Part shown: one piece after another, positions 48,255-59,298 of the stretch
How positions within the stretch are numbered: position 1 is the stretch's first letter
How the letters are laid out: each line of letters begins with the position of its first letter
Source of the DNA: Terracidiphilus sp.
GTDB lineage: Bacteria > Acidobacteriota > Terriglobia > Terriglobales > Acidobacteriaceae
Direction of reading: 5' to 3'
DNA length: 63,495 nucleotides
Assembly (NCBI GenBank): GCA_035604995.1
Contig: DATNHL010000287.1
Coordinates: 1-63,495, forward strand
Made by a program: the position numbers and the translations under genes
The notes under the pieces: generated by a model
Seen by the model: only the letters and a program-made list of their open reading frames with translations
What the model was told of the DNA's origin: nothing
The model's database searches: none

Positions 48255-50223
48255 GGTCCGCCTCCACTACGCCCGCCTTGGCGTCGGCGATTGAAATTCC
48301 GTACTCCTCCAGAACCGACCCCTTAGCGCGCCGCACCTCGATGCGCGCTTTCTCGTACGCGGTCTCCGCGGTCACCAGCGCCGACTCGGCCAGGGCCAGG
48401 TCGTGCTCGGCCGCGAGCGTCTGCTGGTTCGATCCAGCCCCGAGTTTCTGCTCCTTCTGCATAATATCCAATGTCTTTGCGGCAAGGTCGCGTGCCTTGC
48501 GCGCCGCATCCACGCGGCTGGCTCCCTGCTCCAGCGCGTAGCGCGCGTTCTGTACCTCGATGCGAATCTGTTTCTTCCTCTCCTCAAGGTACACCTGCGA
48601 CTGCCGGTACTCGAGTTCCGTCCGGTATTGGTCGGCCTTGGCGATGCGGTTGCGCAAGGGAACGTTCAGCTGCAGTCCCACCTGGTACTCCGGCGAGGAA
48701 TAGTTCAAAGCATTCTCCACCGTTCCACCGAAGCCGCCGGGGGCGTTGGTGGGGGTGGTGCTCCGAGGGTTGGGCGTGCCGCCATACCCGGTGCCGGCAT
48801 AGAAGCCGTACACCGAGAGCGAAGGCAGCAGTGCGTTGCGCGCGGTCTTCCTGCTCAGCTCGCTGTTCTGCAGTACCAGGCTCGACTCCAGCAGCTCTAC
48901 GCGATTCTTGAGCGCGTCGCCAATCATATCCTGCACCGGCTCGGTGATGGCCTGCACCGGATTGCCAATGTGGTCTGTTGGTACCACCGGCATCTCCTGC
49001 AGGGTCGGATCGTCGAGCGAGCGGGTGATGGCGTTCTTCATGTAAAGCTCTTGCAGCTCGAGATTGGTGCGGGCCACGGTCAGATCCTGCTGCCGCGTGG
49101 CCAGCTCTCCCTCCGATTTCAGTACGTCCATCTCCGGAATCGCCTGCAGCTCAAGCTGCTTGCGGCTCGTATCCAGCGTCTCGGTGGCAAAGGCCACGGA
49201 GTGTTCCTGCACCTGCTCGTCATCATAGGCGCTCACCAGGTCCCAGTACAGATCGCAGATCTGCGTCACGGTCGCAATCACCTGCGCTTTGAACGCAATG
49301 TCGGAAACTTTCTGATTAGTCCTGGCTATGCGCAGATACCGCAGGTTCGGCCCCAGCCCGAATCCGGCCAGCAGTTGCTGCTGCATAAAGACCTGCACGT
49401 AAGAAGTCAGCACCGGGTTCAGACTGATATTGGGGCTGTTTGTAGTTTGGCGCTCGTTGTTCCATACAACCTGCAAGCTGCCTCCCACTGGAAACGCCTG
49501 CTGATAGGAAAAATTGCCCAGAATGGTGTTCTCGTGGATGACCGGGATGCCGTAGAGCGTCTGGTTGGGCAACGTCTGCGCCAGATGATCCACATAGGTG
49601 TTGGCAGAGATATACGGATCATATGTGGAAACCGAAGTGCCCGTGCCGAGAGTGGAAGTAACCAGGCCCGAAGCGCCTGCTCCTGCGCCGCCCGCGCCGC
49701 CTGAGGTGCCGCCTGCGCCCGCACCGGCGCCGCCGCCGAAGACGCCCACACCAGCGCCGCCGGGCGTTCCGGACACGACACCGGTGTTGACCCCGCGCAC
49801 CGAGCCGCCCGCCTGCGTGCGCAGAATGTCCATCTGCGCGATGGGTATGTTGTAGCGCGCGATCACCAGGTCGAGATTGTTTTCGAGAGCGAGATCGATC
49901 GAGTTCTGCAGCGAGAGATAGAGCTTGCCGTCCCGCACCAGCGCATCGAGCCGGGGTGAATTCGCCAGGCTGGGCGGCGCTACCGTCGTGCCGCGATAGG
50001 CGTTGACCGGATTGCGCGAGGGCCGCAGCATCTCGTTGAAAGGAATCTGCCCGGCTCGAACTTGCCCAGGCGCCGGCGCCGCATCCGTTGCGGGCGCTTG
50101 CGGGGCGGGCGCTGTGGGTTGCTCGAAGGCCGGCTCAGCGGCAAAGGCCAGGTTCACCTGCAACAACAGAATCGCGGCTGCCGCCTTCATCGACCGCGCC
50201 GAATTGGACTTGACTTGATTCAC
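48244..50223 (-). CDS. TolC family outer membrane protein
   Basis: Signal peptide, LALENNLDL, two OEP-like helical repeats, efflux operon context. Confidence 0.88.
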   Translation of the reverse strand: MNQVKSNSARSMKAAAAILLLQVNLAFAAEPAFEQPTAPAPQAPATDAAPAPGQVRAGQIPFNEMLRPSRNPVNAYRGTTVAPPSLANSPRLDALVRDGKLYLSLQNSIDLALENNLDLVIARYNIPIAQMDILRTQAGGSVRGVNTGVVSGTPGGAGVGVFGGGAGAGAGGTSGGAGGAGAGASGLVTSTLGTGTSVSTYDPYISANTYVDHLAQTLPNQTLYGIPVIHENTILGNFSYQQAFPVGGSLQVVWNNERQTTNSPNISLNPVLTSYVQVFMQQQLLAGFGLGPNLRYLRIARTNQKVSDIAFKAQVIATVTQICDLYWDLVSAYDDEQVQEHSVAFATETLDTSRKQLELQAIPEMDVLKSEGELATRQQDLTVARTNLELQELYMKNAITRSLDDPTLQEMPVVPTDHIGNPVQAITEPVQDMIGDALKNRVELLESSLVLQNSELSRKTARNALLPSLSVYGFYAGTGYGGTPNPRSTTPTNAPGGFGGTVENALNYSSPEYQVGLQLNVPLRNRIAKADQYRTELEYRQSQVYLEERKKQIRIEVQNARYALEQGASRVDAARKARDLAAKTLDIMQKEQKLGAGSNQQTLAAEHDLALAESALVTAETAYEKARIEVRRAKGSVLEEYGISIADAKAGVVEADHSK

Positions 50224-50924
50224 TTGGCGCCAACCTCCGTTGCCCTCGGCTCAACTGCCTCGTCGCGCGTGAGCCAGCCGTCGCGCAGTTCCAGGATGCG
50301 CTTGCTGTAGCGAGCGTTCTCTTCTGAATGCGTCACCTGCACAATGGTTGTGCCCTGCCGGTTCAGCTGGCAGAACAGCTCCATGATCTCCCGCGCCTGC
50401 GTCGAGTGCAGGTTGCCCGTGGGCTCATCGGCCAGCAGCAGCGCCGGCGCGTGCACCACCGCGCGCGCAATGCCCACCAGTTGCTGTTGCCCGCCGGAGA
50501 GCTGGTTGGGATACAGGTCCTTCTTGGCCACAATCTGGAAGCGGTCCAGAATGTCGGCCACCATGCCCTGCCGCTCTTTCGCAGGCAGGTTCTTGTAACT
50601 CAGCGGTAAGTCGATGTTCTCCGCCACAGTCAGGTCGTCCAGCAGGTGATAGCTCTGGAAGACCATGCCGATGCGCTGCCGCGCCAGGTCGGCGCGCTGC
50701 TTGCGGTTGAGCTTGTGCGCTGGCGATTCGTCGAACCAGTACTCGCCCAGCCATCCGTCATCCAGCAGCGCCAGCACATTCAGTAGCGATGACTTCCCTG
50801 CCCCCGACGGACCCATCACGGTGACAAACTCGCCCTCGTTGATAGTCAGCCGGATCTGGCGCAGCACCCAGGTTTCGGTGTGCCCCGTCTTGTAACTGCG
50901 TTCTACATTTTTCAGTTCGATCAT
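50220..50924 (-). CDS. ABC transporter ATP-binding protein (MacB/LolD type)
   Basis: [28 protein letters not shown]. Confidence 0.95.
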   Translation of the reverse strand: MIELKNVERSYKTGHTETWVLRQIRLTINEGEFVTVMGPSGAGKSSLLNVLALLDDGWLGEYWFDESPAHKLNRKQRADLARQRIGMVFQSYHLLDDLTVAENIDLPLSYKNLPAKERQGMVADILDRFQIVAKKDLYPNQLSGGQQQLVGIARAVVHAPALLLADEPTGNLHSTQAREIMELFCQLNRQGTTIVQVTHSEENARYSKRILELRDGWLTRDEAVEPRATEVGAK

Positions 50925-50934
50925 GGTTTTCTTG

Positions 50935-53403
50935 TTACTCCGATCTGAGAGCTTGCACGGGGTCAACCGCGGTGGCTCGGCGTGCGGGCAGCCACGCGGC
51001 AAGGAAAGAGGCAGCGGCCAGAACAACAACGACCGAAGAGAAGGTGAGGGCGTCGTGCGATTGCACTCCATAGATGTAACTTTGCGCCAGCCGCGCAGCG
51101 AACCAGGCAGCGAGACCGCCGAGGGCGAGTCCGGCGGCGACGAGCACGAGGGCACGGCGGAGGATGAGCGAGAGAATATTGCCTTGCGGCGCGCCGAGCG
51201 CGATGCGCAGGCCGATCTCGCGGGTGCGCTGGGCGACGTTGAAAGAGAGCAGGCCGTAGAGGCCGACCGAGGCGATCAGCAGCGCCAGGCCCGCGAAGGC
51301 CGCAAGCAGATGCGCGATGAGCGTCTGCGAACCGAAGGAGTCTTCGACAGCTTGATGAATCGATTTCACTTCAGTGGTTGTAGCGTCTGGAGCAACTTCG
51401 TGCAACACTTTGTCGAACTGCGTGCGCAGCGCGTCGGCGGGAATGGCGGCACGGATAGCCACCTGCATGAAGGCGGTGGCGATGCCGTAGAGCGGCGTTC
51501 CAGGCTCCATCTGCGCGAGACAAAAGTAGATCTCCGGCTTGGTCGGATCGACGACCGTGTGTTGCCTGGTGTCTCCAATCACACCTACGATGCGCATGGC
51601 GGAGAAACGGCCCTGCTTGCCCAATCCGTAGGTGTGGCCGATGGGGTCCGCGCCGGGAAGGAACTTGTTGACGAAGGCCTGGTTGACGACGACCACCACG
51701 GGAGCGGAGGCAGTGTCGTCTTCGGTAAAGAAGCGTCCGCGGACCATGGGAATTCCGAGAGCGTCAACGAGGCCGGCGGAGGCCAGGCGTCCGTCCGCAA
51801 ATGGGGCCTTGTTACGCGGAACGACATTGCCGTCGAGCGACCCGCCAATCCTGACGTTCATCTCGCTGCGCAGCGGCAGCACCGAGCTGAGCGCTGCGAC
51901 CTGCACGCCGGGAATGGCGTGCAGACGCTCCAGCAGCGGCATATACGACGTGCGGACAATGTTGGCCTGCATATGCGGGTCACCTGGTTCCTGCCGTGCC
52001 GAGCCGTTGAGGATGATCCCGCCCGTCAGCACGTTCTGCTGGGTGAAGCCGAGCGGCACCTGGCGCAGGGCGTGAATGGTGCGCAGAAAGAGGCCGGCGC
52101 CGACGAGAAAGACGAGCGTGAGCGCGAGCTGCGCAACCACCAGAACCTCCCGGATCCGGTTCTGCCCGGCCGACGCGGTGCTGGTAACGCCGTGCAGCGA
52201 CTCCTGCACATTGCGGCCCGAGGCGCGTAGCGCGGGGATGATGCCGGTGATTGCGGCCGTAATGAGCGTAAGCGCGGCCAGTGCGGCCATCACGCGCCAA
52301 TCCACATGGATGGTGGACGTGAGCGGCAGATGCCGGTCAATCTGCCGCCAGAGCAATTTGATGACGGATTGACCCGCCAGCATGCCCGCCAGCGCGCCAA
52401 TGCCGCTCAGGAGCAGGCTTTCCACGATGGACTGCTGAAGCAAACGCATGCGGCTGGCGCCCAGTGCGCTGCGCACGGCGTGCTCGCGCATACGCGCGAC
52501 GGCGCGGGCCAGCATGAGGCTGGCGACGTTGAGGCAGGCCAGCGCCCAGATGCCGAAGACGACAACGTAAAGCAGCAGCAGCGGCTCACGCGCTTCGCTG
52601 TTCAACGACTGTTGGTAACCGCTCACTTTTACGCGCGTGGGCCAATTGAAATCCGCGGGAAGTCCTTTGGCGATGACCGCCTGGGCGCGATTGAGGTGAT
52701 CGGTCAGTTGGGCTTGCGTCATGCCTTCCGGCAAGCGGGCAAAGACGTCGCCCTCCATCGCGGCTTCGCTGCCCATTGCCGAGTGGCTTGCCTGCGGAAT
52801 CGCAGCCGGAGACCAGGTCTGCATCGGATCCCCGAACGGGAACGAAAAGCGGCGCGGCATGACGCCCAGAATGGTGTAGGTTTCGCCGCGAATGGCCAGC
52901 GTCTTGCCTGCAATCTGTGGATCGCCCAAGTAGAGCTTGCGCCACACATCTTCTCCCAGCAGAACCACGCGGTTGCGGCCAGGCTCGTTCTCTTCGGGGC
53001 GAAACACGCGGCCCAGCAGGGGTTGAACTCCCAACATTGGCAGCAGGCCGGAGTCCACCTCGGTGCGCTCAACCTGAATGCGGCCGCCGGGGCCGGTGAT
53101 GCTGGCGTTGGACTCGCTCAGGGAAGCCCCCATTTGAAACCCGCGGCCCACCGCATCGCGCAGCTGCAGCATGTTGGCATAGTTCATGTTGAAGTAACAC
53201 GTGGGGCACACAAAGCCGACCCTCACAATGCGATCCGGCTGCGCGTAAGGCAGCGGGCGGAGAAGAATTCCGTTCAACACTGTGAAGACGGCGACATTGG
53301 CTCCCAGCCCGAGCGCCAGCACGGCGATTGCGGTCACGGCGAAGCCCGGCGACTTGCGCAACTGGCGCACTGCGTAGCGAATGTCCTGAAGCAGCGTGTT
53401 CAT
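50935..53403 (-). CDS. ABC permease, ADOP-like
   Basis: QDIRYAVRQLRKSPGF, EIGLRIALGA, PARRA...ALRSE. Confidence 0.93.
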   Translation of the reverse strand: MNTLLQDIRYAVRQLRKSPGFAVTAIAVLALGLGANVAVFTVLNGILLRPLPYAQPDRIVRVGFVCPTCYFNMNYANMLQLRDAVGRGFQMGASLSESNASITGPGGRIQVERTEVDSGLLPMLGVQPLLGRVFRPEENEPGRNRVVLLGEDVWRKLYLGDPQIAGKTLAIRGETYTILGVMPRRFSFPFGDPMQTWSPAAIPQASHSAMGSEAAMEGDVFARLPEGMTQAQLTDHLNRAQAVIAKGLPADFNWPTRVKVSGYQQSLNSEAREPLLLLYVVVFGIWALACLNVASLMLARAVARMREHAVRSALGASRMRLLQQSIVESLLLSGIGALAGMLAGQSVIKLLWRQIDRHLPLTSTIHVDWRVMAALAALTLITAAITGIIPALRASGRNVQESLHGVTSTASAGQNRIREVLVVAQLALTLVFLVGAGLFLRTIHALRQVPLGFTQQNVLTGGIILNGSARQEPGDPHMQANIVRTSYMPLLERLHAIPGVQVAALSSVLPLRSEMNVRIGGSLDGNVVPRNKAPFADGRLASAGLVDALGIPMVRGRFFTEDDTASAPVVVVVNQAFVNKFLPGADPIGHTYGLGKQGRFSAMRIVGVIGDTRQHTVVDPTKPEIYFCLAQMEPGTPLYGIATAFMQVAIRAAIPADALRTQFDKVLHEVAPDATTTEVKSIHQAVEDSFGSQTLIAHLLAAFAGLALLIASVGLYGLLSFNVAQRTREIGLRIALGAPQGNILSLILRRALVLVAAGLALGGLAAWFAARLAQSYIYGVQSHDALTFSSVVVVLAAASFLAAWLPARRATAVDPVQALRSE

Positions 53404-53440
53404 TCCTCGTCTCCCCCGGGGGAAAATCATTCCGTGCGCG

Positions 53441-55933
53441 TTACTCGGTTCTCAGGGCCTGCATGGGTTCAATGGATGCAGCGCGCAGTGCCGGCATCCA
53501 GCTTGCCGCCAGCGTTGCGGCCACAATGGCGAACGCAGCCAGCACCGCGGCCTGCGCGCCGTTCATCACAATGCTTTGCGTTGTGCTGGCTGGGTCGACG
53601 CCCGCATCGCTCAACAACTGACGGATGGCTGGGCGAATGAGCCAGGTGCCGGCCAGCCCCAGCGCAACTCCAACCAGCGCGACGGCCAGTCCGCGCCCAA
53701 GAAAGGTGCGCAGGATGTGCATGCGATCCGCGCCCAGCGCCATGCGCACGCCGATCTCGCGCGTCCGCTGCGTGACCTGGTAGCTGAGCAGTCCGAACAG
53801 ACCAATCACAGTGAGTACAAGCGCAAATCCGGAGAAGCCGCTGGCCAGCAGCGAGAAGAAGCGCGGCGCTTCGATGGTCGAGTCGATGACGGCCTGCATG
53901 GTGGTGAGTCGCGCCACGGGAATCTCGGGGTCGGCGCGCTCCACGGCCTGCTGCGCGGCAGCCGCAATGCTGACGCGGGCCGCGGTGCGCACCGCAAACG
54001 TAGTGGGAAACCAACCGTTGATGGTGCCGGTAAACTCGTCGGAAAGCTGCACCATGGGGCCATAGATCTCTATGCCCTGGCTCTCCACCAGCGAGTGCAT
54101 CTGCACGTCCGGAACCACGCCCACCACGCGCCAATCCTTTCCGTTGCCAAGACGGATCGCCTCTCCAATCGCCGAGCGGCCCGGCCACCATTTTTTCGCG
54201 GTGGTTGCGCCGATCACCACCACCGGATCGCCCCCGGCGCGGTCGCTGCCGGCGATGTCTCTGCCGGCAAGAAGCGGGATGCCCATGGTCTGGAAGTATC
54301 CCGGTGTGATGGCGCGGAATTCCACAGTCTGGCGCAGGTCCCGCCGGTCTGAGGGGTAGGCGCCCATGTTGAGTCCGCGATCCAGGGGTAGGCCGTTCAC
54401 CGCCGCTGCATTGTCAACACCCGGCGCGCGGCGCAACTCATTCAGCACGGTCGAGACAAACTGGATGGTATGCTGCGTGTTTGCGTACCGGTCGCCCTTG
54501 AGCGTGACTTGAAAGACAGAGAGCTGTTTGGGTACTACGCCCGAGGGCAGTGTGCGCAGTTTCACAAAAGTTCCCAGCAGTACCGAAGCCGCAGAGACCA
54601 GCACCATCGCCAACGCGATCTGGGCAACCATCAATGCGCGGGACAGGCGCGCATGAGAGACGGTTTCGCCCAGCGACGGACCGCCAAGACGCATCTCCCT
54701 GCACCTGGTGCGAAGAAGGATAGCGGCGGGAAGCAGGGAAAACACGCCGGTGGCGGCCAGCGCCAGCCCAACCACAACGGCGCTCACAAGCCATACGCTC
54801 GGTTCGCCGCGCAGATTGGGAATGGCGAGAGGCGACGCATGCAGTAGTACGAATGTAGCCGCTCGTGCTACCGCTATGGCGAGCACGCCGCCGCCCAGCG
54901 CCAGCAGCAGTCCCTCCGCGGCCAGCAGGCGCGCCAGTTGTGCGCGCGTAGCGCCGAGTGCGGCTCGCAGCGCAATCTCGCGCGAACGGCGCATGGTGCG
55001 CGCCATCATCAGCCCGGCCAGATTTAGGCAAGCCACCAGCAGAACCGCCAGCACGGCACCCATCACGGTGAGCAGACTGCGGCGCACATCGCTCACCATC
55101 ACGTCCTGCAGCTTCCAGGCCCGGAACTCGTGGAGGGATCTGGCGCGGTCGAGCCATCCCTTGTACATCGGGTACTGCTGGTGGAAGGGCTGCTGCAAAG
55201 CCGCCAACTGCTGCTGCACCTTGTCGAGCGTGACTCCAGGCGCCAGGCGCGCGATCATCTCGTAGTTGTCGCCATCGTACCCAGGATCCTTCGGACTCAG
55301 TTGTAGTGGCTGCCACAAATCGGGCGTACCCATCACGCCAGGCGCGGTTTCCGCCGTCACCGCAAAACCCGGGGGCATTACCCCCACCACCGTAAACGTC
55401 TCCTGGTTGACGCGGATCGCGCGTCCGACGATCGCGGGATCGCGGCCGAACACGCGCGCCCATAGTCCGTCGCTCAACACGGCGGCCCGCGCGCCGTTGG
55501 GGCGGTCTTCCTCCGGCGTGAACCCGCGCCCCAGTGCCGGCATCACTCCCAGCGTTCTGAAGTAGCCCTCCGAAACGCGCAAGGCATTGATCTGCACCGC
55601 ATGTCCGCCGCCCACGGAGAGATTCACCGCCGGCCCCGAGTCGTCCATCACTGCAACCGACGAAAATCCCGGCACATGATCGCGCACAAAATCCGCGGAA
55701 CTGCCGGCCTGTTCGGCATTCGGCTTTTCATGCGGGAAGGTGAACGCTACCCCCACCAGTCGATCCGGATCGACATAGGGCAAAGGTTCCACGAGGACGG
55801 TGTGAATGACCCCATAAACAGCCGCGGATGCGCCCAGTCCCAGCGCCAGCGTGATGACCGCGGTCAGCGTGAATCCCGGCGACTTGCGCAACTGCCGCAG
55901 CGCGTAGCGAATATCCTGGAGCAACTGGGTCAT
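53441..55933 (-). CDS. ABC permease, ADOP-like
   Basis: [31 protein letters not shown]. Confidence 0.93.
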   Translation of the reverse strand: MTQLLQDIRYALRQLRKSPGFTLTAVITLALGLGASAAVYGVIHTVLVEPLPYVDPDRLVGVAFTFPHEKPNAEQAGSSADFVRDHVPGFSSVAVMDDSGPAVNLSVGGGHAVQINALRVSEGYFRTLGVMPALGRGFTPEEDRPNGARAAVLSDGLWARVFGRDPAIVGRAIRVNQETFTVVGVMPPGFAVTAETAPGVMGTPDLWQPLQLSPKDPGYDGDNYEMIARLAPGVTLDKVQQQLAALQQPFHQQYPMYKGWLDRARSLHEFRAWKLQDVMVSDVRRSLLTVMGAVLAVLLVACLNLAGLMMARTMRRSREIALRAALGATRAQLARLLAAEGLLLALGGGVLAIAVARAATFVLLHASPLAIPNLRGEPSVWLVSAVVVGLALAATGVFSLLPAAILLRTRCREMRLGGPSLGETVSHARLSRALMVAQIALAMVLVSAASVLLGTFVKLRTLPSGVVPKQLSVFQVTLKGDRYANTQHTIQFVSTVLNELRRAPGVDNAAAVNGLPLDRGLNMGAYPSDRRDLRQTVEFRAITPGYFQTMGIPLLAGRDIAGSDRAGGDPVVVIGATTAKKWWPGRSAIGEAIRLGNGKDWRVVGVVPDVQMHSLVESQGIEIYGPMVQLSDEFTGTINGWFPTTFAVRTAARVSIAAAAQQAVERADPEIPVARLTTMQAVIDSTIEAPRFFSLLASGFSGFALVLTVIGLFGLLSYQVTQRTREIGVRMALGADRMHILRTFLGRGLAVALVGVALGLAGTWLIRPAIRQLLSDAGVDPASTTQSIVMNGAQAAVLAAFAIVAATLAASWMPALRAASIEPMQALRTE

Positions 55934-55971
55934 CACGTTTGTTCTCCGTCGGTTGTTCCGGTCCTCCACTC

Positions 55972-58464
55972 CTATTCGGCGCGGAGGGCCTGCATCGGTT
56001 CAATCGATGCGGCGCGGCGTGCGGGAATCACTGAGGCCGCCAGCGCCAGCAGAAAGATCGCAATGGCCGCCAGGATCAGGACCAACGGGTCCAGCGGATC
56101 CACCTGGAACAGCAGCGAACGCAGCAGGCGCGTGGCAAAAACCGCCGCCACGGCTCCGATGGCGCATCCCGCCAGCCCCAGCTTGGCGCCTGAGGTTAGA
56201 ACCAGCCCCATCACGTCGAAGCGTTGCGCGCCCAGCGCCAGGCGAATGGCCATTTCCTGCGTGCGCAGCGCGGCGGAAAAGGCGATGACGCTGTAGATGC
56301 CCAGGAGAGCCAGCAGCACGGCCACTCCGGCAAAGCAGGAGATGAGCATCGCGTTGAAGCGGCGCGACGCCTGCCCCTCCGCAATCACTTGTTCCATGCT
56401 CTCCACCTGAGTCAGCGGCAGCTGCGGATCGATGGAGCGGACGGTCGCGCGCAGAGAGTCCGCCATCTGCTCCGGCGGCAGCATCGTGCGCAACACAATA
56501 CTGCCAAAATTGGCATTCAACATCTCGGGACGCGCCAAAGAGCCGTACGAAGCTACATTCTGACTGGCAGGCTGATAAATCTGCGCCTGCGTATCTGCGT
56601 CGGCCGCGGTCTGCTTGATATCTCCGACCTCTCCCACCACCGTCATCCAGGGCGTGGGTGAGTCGGGCACGCCCCAGCGCACGCGCTTGCCGATGGGATC
56701 CTGGCCGGGCCAGTAGTGCTGCGCCAAGGTCCGGTTCACCACCGCCACCAGCGGAGCCCGCGCATCGTCGGCTTCGGTAAAGTCGCGGCCGCGCAACAGG
56801 GGAATGCCCACGGCGCGGAAGTAGTGGCCCATCACCTCGTGGGAATTCCAGGAAACAATCATGCCGGCGCCCTTAGGCGGAACATAACCCTCGGCAACAA
56901 AGAAGCTGACGCCGTCATCTCCAGCAGCGGGCAGTTGCGGGGTGACTCCCACCGACTCCACACCCGGCAACTGCTCCAGCTTGCGCAGCAGTGCGCCATC
57001 GAATCCATCCACGGCGGCCTGCGTCGAGTATTGCTGCGAGGGCAGACCGTATGCGGCGGTCAGCAAGTGATCGGTGCGGAATCCCAGGGGAACCGAGCGC
57101 ATCTTTTCAAAGCTGCGCAACAGCAACCCGGAGGCAACCAGCAGCACCAGTGCCACCGAGACCTCCGCCACCACCAGCCCCGAGCGCAGCCGCGCATGCC
57201 CGCTGCCGGCCGTTCCGGTGCGCCCGCCCTCCTTCAGTGCATCGTTGACGGCAGTGCGCGCGGCGGAGAGAGCCGGAACCAGACCACACAGAAGCCCTGT
57301 AACCACGGCTAGGAACATTGCGAAAGCTGCCACCTGCCAGTCAAGACCGATGGCACTGATCCGCGGCAGCGTCTCCGGAAGAAAACTCACGCCCACCTGC
57401 AGCGCAGCCGACGCCAAAGCCAGTCCCAAAAGACCGCCAGCCAGACTCAGGGTCAGCGTCTCCACCAGGGTTTGGCGCAGAATGACCGATGCGCTCGCGC
57501 CCAGTGCCAGTCGCACCGAGATCTCGTGGCGGCGGCGGATTACCCGCACCAGCAACAGTCCGGCCAGATTGGCGCAGGCAATGAACAGCACCACCACGAC
57601 GGCCAGGAACAGCGTGCGGACCAGGGGCCTGGCCTGCGCAACCGTGCTCTCCCCAAGCGGCTGCACCGCCGGATGAATTTTCAAGCCGCCCATGAACGCG
57701 GGGAAGCCGCGCATGATCTCCTGCGCCGTGCGCCCTGCATCCTGCTCGGCCTGCGCCGCGGTCACGCCCGGCTTCAGCCGCCCCACCATCTGAAACTCCC
57801 AGCCCGCTGCGTTATTGATTTCCAACTGGGTAATGCTCATCGGCACCCAAAGCTCGCTGCGGCTTAACTGCCCCGGAACCAGCGGGAATTCAAAACCGCG
57901 CGGCATCACGCCGATGATCTCGTAGGGATTGCGATCCAGCAGGATCTTCTGACCCAGCATGTGCGCATCGTCGTGGAACCGGCTGTGCCACATCTGGTAG
58001 CTCACCACCGCCAGCTGCTGTCTGCCCTCGTCCTCCTGCTGCGTAAACGCGCGCCCCAGCAAGGGCGAAACGCCCAGCACCGGAAACATGCTGGCGGTAA
58101 GCCGCGCGCCGTTGATCTGCGCCGGGTCGCCCGCGCCGGAGAGTTCATAGCTTCTTGCCTGGTAAGCGCCCAGGCTGGAGTAGCTGCTCATATCTCGGGT
58201 ATAGGCGCGAAGCCCCGCAGCCGTAGTGCCGGGCGCTCCGCTGCCAACGCCCACTCCCTCCAGAACGTCGCCTTGCGTCACCAGCCGGCTCGGCTCGGGA
58301 AACGGCAACGGCCGCAGCAGCACCCCCTCCACGATCGAGAAAATCGCGGTGGTAGCGCCGATGCCGAAGGCCAGCGTGAGCACCGCCGTGAGCGTGAACC
58401 CCGGTGACGTGCGCAACTGCCGCAGCGCATAGCGCACGTCCAAAAGCAAGGTGCGGAAATACAT
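55972..58464 (-). CDS. ABC permease, ADOP-like
   Basis: [31 protein letters not shown]...ALRAE. Confidence 0.93.
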   Translation of the reverse strand: MYFRTLLLDVRYALRQLRTSPGFTLTAVLTLAFGIGATTAIFSIVEGVLLRPLPFPEPSRLVTQGDVLEGVGVGSGAPGTTAAGLRAYTRDMSSYSSLGAYQARSYELSGAGDPAQINGARLTASMFPVLGVSPLLGRAFTQQEDEGRQQLAVVSYQMWHSRFHDDAHMLGQKILLDRNPYEIIGVMPRGFEFPLVPGQLSRSELWVPMSITQLEINNAAGWEFQMVGRLKPGVTAAQAEQDAGRTAQEIMRGFPAFMGGLKIHPAVQPLGESTVAQARPLVRTLFLAVVVVLFIACANLAGLLLVRVIRRRHEISVRLALGASASVILRQTLVETLTLSLAGGLLGLALASAALQVGVSFLPETLPRISAIGLDWQVAAFAMFLAVVTGLLCGLVPALSAARTAVNDALKEGGRTGTAGSGHARLRSGLVVAEVSVALVLLVASGLLLRSFEKMRSVPLGFRTDHLLTAAYGLPSQQYSTQAAVDGFDGALLRKLEQLPGVESVGVTPQLPAAGDDGVSFFVAEGYVPPKGAGMIVSWNSHEVMGHYFRAVGIPLLRGRDFTEADDARAPLVAVVNRTLAQHYWPGQDPIGKRVRWGVPDSPTPWMTVVGEVGDIKQTAADADTQAQIYQPASQNVASYGSLARPEMLNANFGSIVLRTMLPPEQMADSLRATVRSIDPQLPLTQVESMEQVIAEGQASRRFNAMLISCFAGVAVLLALLGIYSVIAFSAALRTQEMAIRLALGAQRFDVMGLVLTSGAKLGLAGCAIGAVAAVFATRLLRSLLFQVDPLDPLVLILAAIAIFLLALAASVIPARRAASIEPMQALRAE

Positions 58465-58466
58465 GG

Positions 58467-59186
58467 CTACGCCTCCACTTCTTCGGTGAGCTTTTTGAGC
58501 TCATCCTCAGAAACCACCTTTCCGTCGAAGAGATGCACTTCGCGCTGGGCGTGCTTGGCAAAGCGCGGATCGTGCGTCACCATGCAGATCGTCGAACCCT
58601 CGCGGTGCAGATCGGCCAGCAGGTGCATCACCGCTTCGCCGTTCTTCGAGTCCAGGTTGCCCGTGGGCTCGTCGGCCAGCAGGATCGACGGCGACCCGGC
58701 CAGCGCACGCGCCACGGCCACGCGCTGCTGTTGACCGCCGGAGAGTTGCGCCGGATAGTGCCGCATCCGGTGCGCCATGTTCACCCGCTCCAGTGCATCC
58801 TTCACGCGCGTCTTGCGCTCCGCCGAGGGCATGCCCGCGCGATACGTCAGCGGCAGCTCCACGTTCTCCTCGACCGTCAGGTCGCCGATCAGGTTGAAGC
58901 TCTGGAAGATGAAGCCGATCTCCTGGTTGCGAATCCGCGAGCGGTCGCCGAAGCTCAGGTTCTCAACCGGATTGTTGTTGAGCAGATACCGGCCGCCGGT
59001 GGGCGTGTCCAGCAGCCCAAGAATGGAAAGCAGCGTGGACTTGCCGCACCCGGATGGACCGGACATGGCCACGTACTCGCCGCGCGAAATGGTGAGGTGA
59101 ATGCCGGAGAGCGCGTGCGTCTCCACTTCGTCGGTGTAGAAGATCTTGGTCAGATCCTCAATCTCAATCAGCTTGTCGTTCGCCAT
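58467..59186 (-). CDS. ABC transporter ATP-binding protein (MacB/LolD type)
   Basis: [34 protein letters not shown]. Confidence 0.95.
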   Translation of the reverse strand: MANDKLIEIEDLTKIFYTDEVETHALSGIHLTISRGEYVAMSGPSGCGKSTLLSILGLLDTPTGGRYLLNNNPVENLSFGDRSRIRNQEIGFIFQSFNLIGDLTVEENVELPLTYRAGMPSAERKTRVKDALERVNMAHRMRHYPAQLSGGQQQRVAVARALAGSPSILLADEPTGNLDSKNGEAVMHLLADLHREGSTICMVTHDPRFAKHAQREVHLFDGKVVSEDELKKLTEEVEA

Positions 59187-59259
59187 CCTGTCCCCCTTGT
59201 GTGGTTTGTCTGTTGTCCGTTGCCGCTTAAGTTCGGAATTCACAGTTCGCAGTTCGTCG

Positions 59260-59295
59260 TCCCTGGTCCCTGTTCCCTAATCCCTGTTCCCTGCC
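59260..59295. repeat. Tandem heptamer repeat (tccctgt type)
   Basis: tccctgg-tccctgt-tccctaa-tccctgt-tccctgc directly after the MFP stop codon. Confidence 0.7.
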
Positions 59296-59298
59296 TTT

